DNA from: a virus
Strand: one strand, 5' to 3'
IMG/VR virus record: IMGVR_UViG_3300008267_000014
Coordinates: 23,777-87,776 of that record
Length of the DNA stretch: 64,000 bases
Of this stretch, positions 1-10,292 are shown one piece after another (position 1 is the first letter of the stretch; every line of letters begins with the position of its first letter). Made by a program: the position numbers and the translations under genes. The notes under the pieces were generated by a model. The model was not told the origin of the DNA. It did not search any database and was given only the letters and a program-made list of their open reading frames with translations.

Positions 1-426
1 TGGTTAAAATCGAGAGGTATTATGCAAGGGTTATGTAACGCTAATTCTTTAATTTTTAAAGATGAAAACTTACATTGTGACTTCGCAATACACTTATTAA
101 ATAACCATTGTGAAGAAAAACCTAGTGAAGAAAAAATTAAAGAAATTTTACTTTCGGCTTTAGAAATCGAAAAGGAATTTATTACTGAATCTTTACCGGT
201 ATCATTAATAGGTATGAACCAAAACTTAATGAAACAATATTTGGAATTTGTTGTTGATGGGTTATTGGTTAAATTAAATTGTAAAAAAGTATTTAATGTT
301 GAACAACCATTTAAATTCATGGAACAAATTGCAATCGAAACAAAAGGAAACTTTTTCGAGTCAAGAACCATGGAGTATCAAAAAGCAAAACTTAACGAAT
401 CAATTACATTTACAGACGAGTTTTAA
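1..426 (+). CDS. nrdB: Ribonucleotide reductase class Ia beta subunit, C-terminal part (5' end outside window)
   Basis: Frame open from base 1 (WLKSRGIMQGL). Contains the di-iron helix DENLH and the C-terminal KGNFFESRTMEYQK...FTDEF tail typical of R2; lies directly before nrdA. Confidence 0.95.
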   Translation, partial: WLKSRGIMQGLCNANSLIFKDENLHCDFAIHLLNNHCEEKPSEEKIKEILLSALEIEKEFITESLPVSLIGMNQNLMKQYLEFVVDGLLVKLNCKKVFNVEQPFKFMEQIAIETKGNFFESRTMEYQKAKLNESITFTDEF

Positions 427-445
427 TCACTATAATTTAGAAACT

Positions 446-2863
446 ATGATGTCATTAAAAATACAAAAACGAAATGGGGAAAGCGTTTCATTTAATCCCC
501 AAAAAATCTATAACCGTATTAAGAAGGCTGCTAAAGGATTAAATGTTAATTCCGATGAAATATTCATCAAGGTTATTACTTCAATGCCAAACGAAGGTAA
601 TATAACAACTAAAGAACTTGATAGATTAGTATATGAAATATCTTCTTCATATACGGGAAGTCACCATGATTATTCAAGATTAGCATCATCTATCGCTATT
701 TCTTTATATCATAAAGAAACTATGGATAGTTTCACTGATACTATGAAATTATTACATAAAGATGGTGTTGTTCATGATAGGTTAATTGAAATTATCACCG
801 CTTACGGTGAAAAAAATATTGATTCAGTTATTAACCATGATAATGATTATAATTTCGATTATTTTGCATGGGTTGCGTTAAATGAAATGTACTTGTTAAA
901 AACATCAACAGGTAAAGCGATTGAAAGACCACAACACATGTATATGAGAATAGCCTTGTGGGTGACGGATTCTTTTGAAGAGGCGGTTGATTATTATAAA
1001 TCATTATCTGAACAACGTATTTCTAAGGCGACTCCTATTATGATTAATTCAGGAACATTAGTTCCCCAATTAGCGTCTTGTGTTTTACATTATAATGACG
1101 GAGATTCAAGACAAGGATTATTAAATACTCTTAACGATATTTCAACTTATTCATCAGATGCTGCGGGTATTGGATTATGTATGTCAAATCAAAGAAGTAA
1201 GGAAAGTCGTATTAGTACTTCAGGTGGTTTTGCAGGTGGTTTATTAAAATATTTAAAAATTGTTAACGAATCATTAAGATTTTTTAACCAACAAGGTAGA
1301 AGACCTGGTAGTGCTGCGGTTTATTTAGAACCTTGGCATAAAGATATTTTCGATTTATTAGATATTAAAAAGAATACGGGTAAAGACGAATTAAGAGCGA
1401 GAGATATTTTCACATCACTTTGGCTTCCTGATAATTTCATGAGAGCGGTTAGAACTAATAATGATTGGTATTTATTCTGTCCTCATGATATTAAAAAAGC
1501 GGGTATTAAAGCGTTACAAGAATGTTTTGGCGATGAATTTGAAGAGAATTATAATAAAGCGGTTAATTTAGGGTTAGGTAAAAAAGTTAAGGCTATGGAT
1601 ATTTGGACTAAAATAATTGAGTCACAAATTGAAACAGGTGTACCTTATTTATGTTCTAAAGATAATGCTAATAAAAAGACTAATCATCAGAACATTGGGG
1701 TTATCAAACAATCTAATCTTTGTAATGAGATTTATCAATACACAGATGAGTCAACAACCGCTATTTGTACCCTATCATCAATCGTTATAAAGAACTTTAT
1801 TAATGACGGTAAATTCGATTTTAATTTATTGTTTAATGAAGTTAGAAAAGTTGTTAGAACTTTAAATAAAGTTATTAATATCAATAGTTATTCTACTGAA
1901 AAAGGTAGAAAAGGTGGTTTAGAACAAAGAGCGATTGCTATTGGTGTACAAGGATTAGCCGATGTATTCTATATTTTAGATTATATTTTCACATCAGATA
2001 TGGCTAGAAAATTGAATAAAGATATTTTTGAGACAATTTATTTTGCCGCTATTACTGAAAGTTGTTCTTTGTGTAAAGAAGGTAAATATGAACCATATCA
2101 ATACTTTAATGGTTCACCAATGTCTAATGGAATATTCCAATTCGATATGTGGGGTTTAAGTAATAATGATTTATCAGGTTTGTGGGATTGGAATTCGTTA
2201 AAAGAAGAGGTTAAAAAGTACGGTGTTTGTAATTCGTTGTTTACGGCTCAAATGCCTGTTGCATCATCAGCTAAAATAACAGGTTCATTTGAAATGACCG
2301 AACCCGCACAATCCGCACTATTTAATAGACGAGTTGTAGGTGGTGAGATTTTAATCGTAAATAAGTATTTAATTCAAGATTTTGAAAAAATTGGTATTTG
2401 GTCTGAAACTTTAAAGAATGATATTATATTAAATGATGGCTCAATTCAGAGTATTGATTTTAATAAATATTTGGATATTGAAGACAAAAATTACAATAAA
2501 AAAGTCAAAAGAATTGAACATTTAGTTTCAAAGTATAAAACTATTTGGGAAATCTCTCAAAGAGAGTTGATTGATATGGCATCTGAAAGAGCACCATTTA
2601 TCGACCAATCACAATCGATGAACATTTATATGTCAAATCCGACCTTATCTAAGGTAACATCATCTCATTTCCACGCATGGGAAAAAGGACTAAAAACATT
2701 ATCTTATTATATTAGAACTAAAGCTATCTCAACGGGGGCTAAACATTTAGCGGTTGACATTTCTAAAACTGAAATAACAAAACCGACTGAAAAAATAAAT
2801 AATAATATTATACCACCAAAACCATCAACATCCGATTTTGAATGTTTTGGTTGTTCATCATAA
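446..2863 (+). CDS. nrdA: Ribonucleotide reductase class Ia alpha subunit with N-terminal ATP-cone
   Basis: Start moved to ATG 446 because the track start overlaps nrdB. ATP-cone IQKRNG..SFNPQKI; ERPQHMYMR; catalytic SC, SNLCNE and CTL; YYIR tyrosine pair; C-terminal CFGC redox pair. Confidence 0.97.
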   Translation: MMSLKIQKRNGESVSFNPQKIYNRIKKAAKGLNVNSDEIFIKVITSMPNEGNITTKELDRLVYEISSSYTGSHHDYSRLASSIAISLYHKETMDSFTDTMKLLHKDGVVHDRLIEIITAYGEKNIDSVINHDNDYNFDYFAWVALNEMYLLKTSTGKAIERPQHMYMRIALWVTDSFEEAVDYYKSLSEQRISKATPIMINSGTLVPQLASCVLHYNDGDSRQGLLNTLNDISTYSSDAAGIGLCMSNQRSKESRISTSGGFAGGLLKYLKIVNESLRFFNQQGRRPGSAAVYLEPWHKDIFDLLDIKKNTGKDELRARDIFTSLWLPDNFMRAVRTNNDWYLFCPHDIKKAGIKALQECFGDEFEENYNKAVNLGLGKKVKAMDIWTKIIESQIETGVPYLCSKDNANKKTNHQNIGVIKQSNLCNEIYQYTDESTTAICTLSSIVIKNFINDGKFDFNLLFNEVRKVVRTLNKVININSYSTEKGRKGGLEQRAIAIGVQGLADVFYILDYIFTSDMARKLNKDIFETIYFAAITESCSLCKEGKYEPYQYFNGSPMSNGIFQFDMWGLSNNDLSGLWDWNSLKEEVKKYGVCNSLFTAQMPVASSAKITGSFEMTEPAQSALFNRRVVGGEILIVNKYLIQDFEKIGIWSETLKNDIILNDGSIQSIDFNKYLDIEDKNYNKKVKRIEHLVSKYKTIWEISQRELIDMASERAPFIDQSQSMNIYMSNPTLSKVTSSHFHAWEKGLKTLSYYIRTKAISTGAKHLAVDISKTEITKPTEKINNNIIPPKPSTSDFECFGCSS

Positions 2864-2905
2864 TCCCGACAATAATCCCGACACACTGTCGGGATTTTTA
2901 TTTTT
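2861..2905 (+). terminator. Intrinsic terminator after nrdA, with a duplicated left arm
   Basis: AATCCCGACA (2874-2883), CAC loop, TGTCGGGATT (2887-2896), then a T-rich tail. A second AATCCCGACA lies at 2862-2871. Confidence 0.85.
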
Positions 2906-2937
2906 ATTATGATACAAAAAAAATATTATTAATATAA

Positions 2938-2944
2938 TATTTAT
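2938..2944 (+). promoter_or_regulatory. Putative late-promoter element TATTTAT (first of 11 similarly placed copies)
   Basis: Same heptamer 5-31 nt upstream of start codons. Plus strand: 2938, 5303, 14042, 20315, 29678, 33284, 54391, 58042. Minus strand: 39898-39904, 45627-45633, 45904-45910. Confidence 0.6.
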
Positions 2945-2949
2945 ATCAT

Positions 2950-3408
2950 ATGGCAAATGGTATAACATATGGGATTAATTTTCCGTTTAATGATTCTACG
3001 GATGGTAAATTCTTGGATTTATCTGAAACTAATCAGGAAGAAATTAGAAGTAACTTAATACATCTTTTATTAACAAGAAAAGGTACTAGATATTATCTAC
3101 CTGATTTTGGAACTCGTTTATACGAATTTATATTTGAACCGATGGATGGTCCTACTTATTCCGAGATTGAATCTGAAATAAGAGAAACCGTTAAAGAATA
3201 TATTCCCGGTATTACTATAACTAAAATGAGTATTTCACCGGCATCTGAAGGTGATGAGGATAAAGGTTCGTTTATCAACGGTAATGATGAACGTGTATTT
3301 AGAGTACCTGGTATTGGTACAAAAGAACATACCGCTAAAATTAGAATCGATTATAGACTAAATGATGATGCTTTTAGTACTAGCGATTTTGTTATTATTA
3401 ATTTATAA
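2950..3408 (+). CDS. Baseplate wedge / sheath-initiator protein, gp25/GPW family
   Basis: GINFPF...IRSNLIHLLLTRKGTRYYLPDFGTRLYEFIFEP matches the gp25 pattern (LLT.kGeR...PdFG..l...lFEP); 152 aa. Confidence 0.9.
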   Translation: MANGITYGINFPFNDSTDGKFLDLSETNQEEIRSNLIHLLLTRKGTRYYLPDFGTRLYEFIFEPMDGPTYSEIESEIRETVKEYIPGITITKMSISPASEGDEDKGSFINGNDERVFRVPGIGTKEHTAKIRIDYRLNDDAFSTSDFVIINL

Positions 3409-3413
3409 GAATT

Positions 3414-5252
3414 ATGGCTGAGAAAAAAATATCGTATACTACAAGAGATTTTGAATCGATTAGAACCGAGTTAGTTAATTTTACAAGGACGTATTATCCT
3501 GATTTATTGGATAATGTTAATGATGCGTCAATATTTTCAGTAATATTGGATTTAAATGCCGCGGTTACTGATAATTTACAATTTAATATTGATAGAAGTA
3601 TTCAAGAGACTGTGTTACAATACGCACAACAAAGGTCATCAATATATAATCTCGCTAGAACGTATGGTTTAAAAATACCGGGATTAAGACCTTCAGTTGC
3701 TTTAGTTGACTTTTCAATAACCGTACCCGCTTATGGTGATAAAGAAGATATAAGATATTGTGGTATATTAAGGAGAGGTTCACAAATTAATGGTGCGGGA
3801 CAAGTTTTTGAAACTGTTTATGATATTGATTTTTCTTCACCAATTAATAATGAAGGTTACCCTAATCGAGTTAAAATACCTAATTTTGACGCTAATAATA
3901 AGTTAATTAATTATACCATTACTAAACGAGAAACTGTTGTTAATGGAACTACTAAAGTGTTTAAAAAAGTTGTAACACCAAATGATGTTAAACCTTTTTA
4001 TGAGTTATTTTTACCTGAGAAAAATGTTTTAGGGATAACTAGTGTTTTATTAAAAGATGGTACACAATATGCTAACGTACCAAGTGTACAAGAATTTTTG
4101 GGTTTAGATAATAGATGGTATGAAGTTAAGTCATTAATTGAAGATAGAGTTTTTGTCGAAGACCCTACCAAAGTTTCTGATAGTCCTGGTATTAAAGTTG
4201 GTAAATATGTTACAACGAGTGACAAATTTATAACCGAATATACACCTGAAGGGTTTCTTAAAATGACCTTTGGTGGTGGTAGTCAATCTGCAGATGAGCA
4301 ATTAAGAGAATTTGCAAGAAATGGATATCAACTTAATTTAAATAAATATTCTAATAATTTCGCATTAGGGTCAACTTTAAAGGCTAACTCAACTGTATTC
4401 GTACAGTATCGTGTTGGTGGTGGTGTTTCTAGTAATTTAGGTGTTAATGTTATAAATAAAATAGGTACTGTTTCATTTTTTGTTAATGGTCCGTCTGAAA
4501 CAATGAATACTACGGTTGTAAATTCATTAAGATGTAATAACGTTACTGCTGCTATTGGGGGTGCTGATTTTCCTAGTTTAGAGGAAGTTAGAAATTTAGT
4601 TTCTTTTAACTTTTCAGCTCAAAATAGAGCGGTGACTATTGATGATTATAACTCATTAATTAGAACTATGCCGTCACAGTTTGGAGCACCTGCTAAAGTG
4701 GCAATCACTGAAGAAAATAATAAAATTATAATTAAGATGTTATCTTATGACGAATCAGGTAAATTAACTGAAATCGTTTCTGACACTCTAAAAAATAATG
4801 TTGCGAATTATTTATCTAATTATCGAATGATGAATGATTATATCTCTATTCAAACTGCAAATGTTATTGATTTAGGTGTAACAATTGATTTAGTTTTAGA
4901 TTCAAGTCAGAACCAAGGTACTGTTATTAGTAAAGTAATTAATATTGTATCCGATTTCTTTGAACCGACTAATCGACAAATGGGTCAAAATGTGAACGTT
5001 TCTGAATTAAGAAAAGAGATTCAGTCCGAAAATGGTATTATCACAATATCTAATATTTCATTTTTTAATAAAGTGGGGGGACAATATTCATCATCACAAA
5101 CATCACAAAGATATGTTGATAATGAAACAAGAGAAATTGAATTAATTGATGATACGATATTCGCGGAACCTAAACAAATTTATCAAATAAGATATCCTAA
5201 TAAGGATATAAATATTAGGGTTAAAAACCAAACAACGACTAATTTTAGTTGA
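3414..5252 (+). CDS. Baseplate wedge subunit, T4 gp6 / baseplate-J-like
   Basis: N-terminal YTTRDFESIRTEL, AQQRSSIYNLARTYG, YRVGGGVSSN and AQNRAVTIDDY motifs; follows gp25. Confidence 0.9.
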   Translation: MAEKKISYTTRDFESIRTELVNFTRTYYPDLLDNVNDASIFSVILDLNAAVTDNLQFNIDRSIQETVLQYAQQRSSIYNLARTYGLKIPGLRPSVALVDFSITVPAYGDKEDIRYCGILRRGSQINGAGQVFETVYDIDFSSPINNEGYPNRVKIPNFDANNKLINYTITKRETVVNGTTKVFKKVVTPNDVKPFYELFLPEKNVLGITSVLLKDGTQYANVPSVQEFLGLDNRWYEVKSLIEDRVFVEDPTKVSDSPGIKVGKYVTTSDKFITEYTPEGFLKMTFGGGSQSADEQLREFARNGYQLNLNKYSNNFALGSTLKANSTVFVQYRVGGGVSSNLGVNVINKIGTVSFFVNGPSETMNTTVVNSLRCNNVTAAIGGADFPSLEEVRNLVSFNFSAQNRAVTIDDYNSLIRTMPSQFGAPAKVAITEENNKIIIKMLSYDESGKLTEIVSDTLKNNVANYLSNYRMMNDYISIQTANVIDLGVTIDLVLDSSQNQGTVISKVINIVSDFFEPTNRQMGQNVNVSELRKEIQSENGIITISNISFFNKVGGQYSSSQTSQRYVDNETREIELIDDTIFAEPKQIYQIRYPNKDINIRVKNQTTTNFS

Positions 5253-5324
5253 TGATTTATTTTAAAATTTTTTGTTTTATCTTTTAAAAATAGTATATAA
5301 AGTATTTATTTTTAAATTAATAAA

Positions 5325-8300
5325 ATGTCAAATTCATATAGAATAAGAACAACACCTGGTGTTGATAAATCAGTTAAGGTAACATTAGAACAGGATTTTG
5401 AATTTTTAGAAATACTCTCATTAAAAGTATTACAAAGTCAAGTTTATACGAGAGTTTGTTCCGATTACGGTGTTATTGTAGGTCGTGTAAGTGTTAATAA
5501 CGGGTTTGGTATTCCAAACGCTAAAGTATCAGTATTCATCCCTTTAGAAGATTCTGATAGTGGTAACCCTGTAATTACTGAATTATATCCTTATAAAACT
5601 TTAAGTACAACTAATGATGATGGTTATAGGTATAATCTTTTACCAACTGAACCCTCATATAGTAACCATATTCCAACAGGTTCATTTTTCACTAGAGAAG
5701 ATGTTTTAACTAACCCTAATAAAATTGAGGTTTACGATAAGTATTATAAGTATAATGCCGTGACTAATGAAAGTGGTGATTATATGATTTTTGGTGTTCC
5801 GGTGGGTTCACAAACAATTGTTGTTAATGTTGATTTATCTGATATTGGTGAGTTCTCATTATCACCTCAAGATTTAATTAGAATGGGTCGTGCTACCGAA
5901 TCACAAGTAAGTGGTACTAAGTTTAAGTCTTCCGCCAATTTAAATGAATTACCTCAAATTATAACTATAAATAGAACTTTAGATGTTGAACCTTTTTGGG
6001 GTGATGAAAGTGTTTGTACGTTAGGTATTACAAGAACAGATTTTGACTTATCAGATGAGGCGAATATTGATATTCGACCTACAGCAATCTTTATGGGTTC
6101 TATTTTATCAACTAATGACGATTACAGTCTTAAAGCGAATTGTCGACCCGCATTGAAATCGGGTGAATTATGTAGTTTGGTTGTTGGTCCTGGTGAGATA
6201 TTAGCAATTAGACAAACCATTGATATTGATAATAATGGTAGACCTATATTAGAAGAATTTAAATTAGAATCCGGTGGTAAAGTAATAGATGATAACGGTA
6301 CTTGGTTAATTGATGTACCAATGAATTTAGATTATGTTGTTATAAATGAATTTGGTGAGAGAGTTTTATCTAACGACCCTAAAGTTGGGATTCCAACTAA
6401 AGGTAAATATCGATTTAAAGTTAAATGGGGACAACCTCCTACATTATCGGAATCAGTTAAAAGAGCATATTTTTTAGTTCCTAATATAAAAGAGTATGGG
6501 TGGGTGACATCATCGGATGACCCATTATATAAGTCATTCACTACTGACGAATATGAAAGAGTTAAAAAATCATATACGTTTAGTTTAAATTGGGATGATT
6601 ACGGTAGTATTGATAATACGACAGGATTACCTGATACTATCGGGTTACAAATGATACAAGAAGCGATTGATTGCGAAGACAGATTTTATGATATGACTTT
6701 CAATAAAGTTTATACTGTGTCACAAATGATAACTCAATATCGAAAAGGTACTGCCAAAAGAAGATTCATTTCAATAAAAGATATTGTTAATGATACTTGT
6801 GAGAGTGAAAATTACAAATTTCCAACTAACGATGCTTATAAAAAAACCGACATTTTATTTTTAGTATTTACAATATTTAGTTTATTGTTTAGACCTACAT
6901 TATATGTTTTAGTTTTATTATTACATATATTATCATTTATTGTTGTTTACATTTTAGTACCCTTATTAACTTTATTAGTTAGATTAATACAGGCGGTTGC
7001 AAAAATAGTTCAGAAACTGGCTAGTTTGGTAAGTATTAGCATTTCATTACCTAATTTTAGTGAACTTTTAGATAAACTTAACGATATTAAAAACCGGTTT
7101 ACTAATTTCAAAATACCTAATTTAACATATCCTGATTGTGAATTATGTGACTGTAACGACCCATCAACCCAAAGTCCTGATAATACACAGACAATACCGG
7201 GGTCTATTAATCAGACTAATGAAATAATAAATACAGATGGGAGTAATTTATTATTACCGATTAGTAATGTTATTATTTATAATCAAATAACAGGGTATGA
7301 TATAAGTGTTAATGAGTTACTTTCTGGATATCAGATACCTATGACAGGTAATATACCTAATTATGTTGGTACTCCTTATCCTATACCTAATCCTAATAAC
7401 GCTAATAGTGGTTTACAAACCGATTATTATTTTACAAGCGATTTACCGTTATCGGAAAGACTTAATTTATTTAACACTAAATCTAAATATTTTAATAATG
7501 TTGTCGGTGGTGGTGTTAATCAAATAAAAGTTAAATTCGATACTGTTTTAAATCCATCACCAAGTAAGTACCATTTAGATAATGTTATGGTGGTTATGGT
7601 GTCTGAAAATCAAATTAATAAATTTAGTAGTGGACAGATATTATCATTTCAGGATGTTAAATTATCGGGTGATATAAATATTAATACTGATGAAATAAAT
7701 GATTATGGTACTAATAGTATTACAGGTAGTACGTTATTAAATGATACTATAATTACGCAAAAAACAATAACTTATTCAGACCCTAATGGAGGACCAACGT
7801 ATTTAAGTGTTGTTTATAATTTAACAGGTAAAACATCTGATAATGAATGTAAATACGCTAGATATCCTGTAGATATTGAATATTTCCAAGTAATAACAGG
7901 TGTTACATATAATAATTATACGGCACATACCGACACATCATTAGTCAATTCTTTAAATACACGTTTTTTAAATAATGATACGTATATTAACACAATTAAT
8001 TCATTAATGAATGTCCAAGGGCTTAATAATGGGTGTGCGACAAATCAGAAATTTGTAAAACCTATTAACTTAATTAATGGATATGAAAAAAAATATATTG
8101 TTTTTTTAGTGAGAGGTGTAGACCCTAATTCCACTAGAGTGAAATGTGAGTACGATTTAAGTAAATTATTTGGATATAATAATTGGGGTTATATTAAAGT
8201 GAGCGGTTTATTTAAATTAAATATTCCTATTCAAGGAACGCCTCTAAATATTAAACATACCGTTAATGATAATAATACTATTGATACATATAGTAATTTG

Positions 8301-10292
8301 AAACTTTTTTACCCATCTATGTTTTTCCAACCTGGTAATCAAATGTCAGGTTTTACAACATCATTACCTAAATACTATTCTAATTTAGATAATACAACTA
8401 TACCGTCTAATTTAGGGGTAATTAATGATGTTAATTATGGTTTAAAAATTAAAAATGATAATGATTATACGTTAGAATGGGTTAAGCATACTATAGATAC
8501 GGCTTGTAATGTTAGTGGTGATTTAACATATGCCCCAATCCAAACCCAACCGTTGAATAATTCTAGAACGTACATACCTTTTGAACCTATCGAAGGTGGT
8601 TCATTTATGTATTTAAATGTAAGTTTTAATCATTTACCATTTGTAAAGTGGCCGACCAATCAAATTAACATTAGTTACTATAGTAGAAAATACAATAATA
8701 ATGTTAATATATTACCTAGTAATAATTTAACTAACAATATAGTAATGAGGTCAGATAGATTGCCGACTTCAACCATGGTATATGAACCTAAAAAAGGTAA
8801 TGATAATAGTTATCTACTTAATTCTAATCCTATCACGTCTGTTTATTTAGTGAGTGATGATGGATTTATTTCTTCTTCTAATAATGTTACTAACGAAATT
8901 GGTGATGATATACCGGTAATAATACCAAATCCTTTATTAAATAGTTTTAGTTGTAATGGGTTAGTCCCTTTAAATTGTTATTATAATTCAGGTGGTACTG
9001 TCAAAATACAACCATCAGGTAATAGTTGTTATAAACATAATGATGGTAATTTAAAATTAGAAAATGGGTGTTATATATTAGTTACCACACCTATTAAAAC
9101 ATTATTGAGTGATTTTAGTGTTATTACCGAATGGTTGAGTCGATTAACAATTAGTTTTGCGGCATGTAGGAACGTTTTTGGTCATATATTTACAAATAAT
9201 TGGGTAAATGGAACTTTATATGCGTTTAGTTTTAAAAATAACAGATATTTTAATTCTAAGAATGTTCCTTATTCTGTATATTGTAAAGATAATCTATTTT
9301 TTGATAACACAGAAACTTATAATTTTTATTATAGGTGTAGTCCATGGGATTTTACAAATAAAAAATTTATAGGTAAAAATAGTCCTGGATATGATGGAAA
9401 CGAAAAAAATTTACTATATCCTACAACAATAATGGATTTGGGACCTAGAGATTTTTACTCACAAGAAATTGCATTGTCAAACAATTTTGATGGTTATGTA
9501 ATGAAAAATTTAAATAACACTAGTTTTGGTGATGTATCAGAAATACTTAATTTGTTTATTATTACTAGACTTACAAATAGCTCATTTATACAAAAATTAA
9601 TCGCTGGTACAACAGTAGATAGTTTTTTTAGTCGTAAAAATAGAATGATTGACGGAGATTATGCTCAGATGATTTCAATTAATTCGGAAGTCGGTGTAAC
9701 ACCTTTTGAAGCTGAAAATTATCCTAACCCTAATCAGATTTATTATAACGGTGGTGCATCTACAGATGGTGTGTTTGGAATATTTTTTAGTTCAGATACT
9801 CAAGTTAGGGATTATTTAACCCCTAAAAGAACAATAAACGTTAATAACTTACCTATCACTAATTCTTGTTCGTTTGAATATATACCGGTTAAATCACAAA
9901 TAGTACCATTTTATCAGTGGGATGTTAAACAAAATAGTGATGGTGATAGTATATTTGGCTCTCAATTAAACAATTGGTTTACTAATGAAGTTGATACGAA
10001 TGGGTTTTTTAGTAGTAGATATCAATCGATGGATAGAATCCAACCGGTATCTAGATATTTTAGAGGGAATAATATGACTCAAACTAATTATTATAAAGGA
10101 TATATTTATTCTGTTGATAATAGTGGTAATTTAAGTGGGTCGGTATCAAATTGGAATCAAAATTCAGGTATTTATAGTAGAGCAATTACTAATGGTGCAC
10201 CGTTTCACTTCTTTTTTGGTTTAAAACGAGGGAAATCGGCTTTCGATAGGTTCACTACTAAATGGATTGACACAACAAATGAAAATGATTAA
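5325..10292 (+). CDS. Large baseplate/tail-associated structural protein (1655 aa) with an internal hydrophobic segment
   Basis: Long ORF in the baseplate operon. N-terminal prealbumin/carboxypeptidase-regulatory-like strands (GRVSVNNGFGIPNAKVSVF, TNESGDYMIFGVPVG); ~65-aa hydrophobic stretch at nt ~6852-7050. Confidence 0.65.
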   Translation: MSNSYRIRTTPGVDKSVKVTLEQDFEFLEILSLKVLQSQVYTRVCSDYGVIVGRVSVNNGFGIPNAKVSVFIPLEDSDSGNPVITELYPYKTLSTTNDDGYRYNLLPTEPSYSNHIPTGSFFTREDVLTNPNKIEVYDKYYKYNAVTNESGDYMIFGVPVGSQTIVVNVDLSDIGEFSLSPQDLIRMGRATESQVSGTKFKSSANLNELPQIITINRTLDVEPFWGDESVCTLGITRTDFDLSDEANIDIRPTAIFMGSILSTNDDYSLKANCRPALKSGELCSLVVGPGEILAIRQTIDIDNNGRPILEEFKLESGGKVIDDNGTWLIDVPMNLDYVVINEFGERVLSNDPKVGIPTKGKYRFKVKWGQPPTLSESVKRAYFLVPNIKEYGWVTSSDDPLYKSFTTDEYERVKKSYTFSLNWDDYGSIDNTTGLPDTIGLQMIQEAIDCEDRFYDMTFNKVYTVSQMITQYRKGTAKRRFISIKDIVNDTCESENYKFPTNDAYKKTDILFLVFTIFSLLFRPTLYVLVLLLHILSFIVVYILVPLLTLLVRLIQAVAKIVQKLASLVSISISLPNFSELLDKLNDIKNRFTNFKIPNLTYPDCELCDCNDPSTQSPDNTQTIPGSINQTNEIINTDGSNLLLPISNVIIYNQITGYDISVNELLSGYQIPMTGNIPNYVGTPYPIPNPNNANSGLQTDYYFTSDLPLSERLNLFNTKSKYFNNVVGGGVNQIKVKFDTVLNPSPSKYHLDNVMVVMVSENQINKFSSGQILSFQDVKLSGDININTDEINDYGTNSITGSTLLNDTIITQKTITYSDPNGGPTYLSVVYNLTGKTSDNECKYARYPVDIEYFQVITGVTYNNYTAHTDTSLVNSLNTRFLNNDTYINTINSLMNVQGLNNGCATNQKFVKPINLINGYEKKYIVFLVRGVDPNSTRVKCEYDLSKLFGYNNWGYIKVSGLFKLNIPIQGTPLNIKHTVNDNNTIDTYSNLKLFYPSMFFQPGNQMSGFTTSLPKYYSNLDNTTIPSNLGVINDVNYGLKIKNDNDYTLEWVKHTIDTACNVSGDLTYAPIQTQPLNNSRTYIPFEPIEGGSFMYLNVSFNHLPFVKWPTNQINISYYSRKYNNNVNILPSNNLTNNIVMRSDRLPTSTMVYEPKKGNDNSYLLNSNPITSVYLVSDDGFISSSNNVTNEIGDDIPVIIPNPLLNSFSCNGLVPLNCYYNSGGTVKIQPSGNSCYKHNDGNLKLENGCYILVTTPIKTLLSDFSVITEWLSRLTISFAACRNVFGHIFTNNWVNGTLYAFSFKNNRYFNSKNVPYSVYCKDNLFFDNTETYNFYYRCSPWDFTNKKFIGKNSPGYDGNEKNLLYPTTIMDLGPRDFYSQEIALSNNFDGYVMKNLNNTSFGDVSEILNLFIITRLTNSSFIQKLIAGTTVDSFFSRKNRMIDGDYAQMISINSEVGVTPFEAENYPNPNQIYYNGGASTDGVFGIFFSSDTQVRDYLTPKRTINVNNLPITNSCSFEYIPVKSQIVPFYQWDVKQNSDGDSIFGSQLNNWFTNEVDTNGFFSSRYQSMDRIQPVSRYFRGNNMTQTNYYKGYIYSVDNSGNLSGSVSNWNQNSGIYSRAITNGAPFHFFFGLKRGKSAFDRFTTKWIDTTNEND

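Noticed and set aside
296-445. 50-aa N-terminal extension of NrdA in the ORF track
   Set aside because: Overlaps nrdB out of frame; the ATP-cone starts at ATG 446/449.
1-2863. Eukaryotic giant virus origin (eukaryote-like RNR), or an intein/intron in nrdA
   Set aside because: Sigma70, gp25/gp6 baseplate and amidase indicate a bacteriophage, and Bacteroidota carry similar RNRs. NrdA is normal length and uninterrupted.
2950-5252. Chromosomal contractile injection system (eCIS/T6SS/tailocin)
   Set aside because: Surrounded by phage replication genes, with no bacterial housekeeping context.
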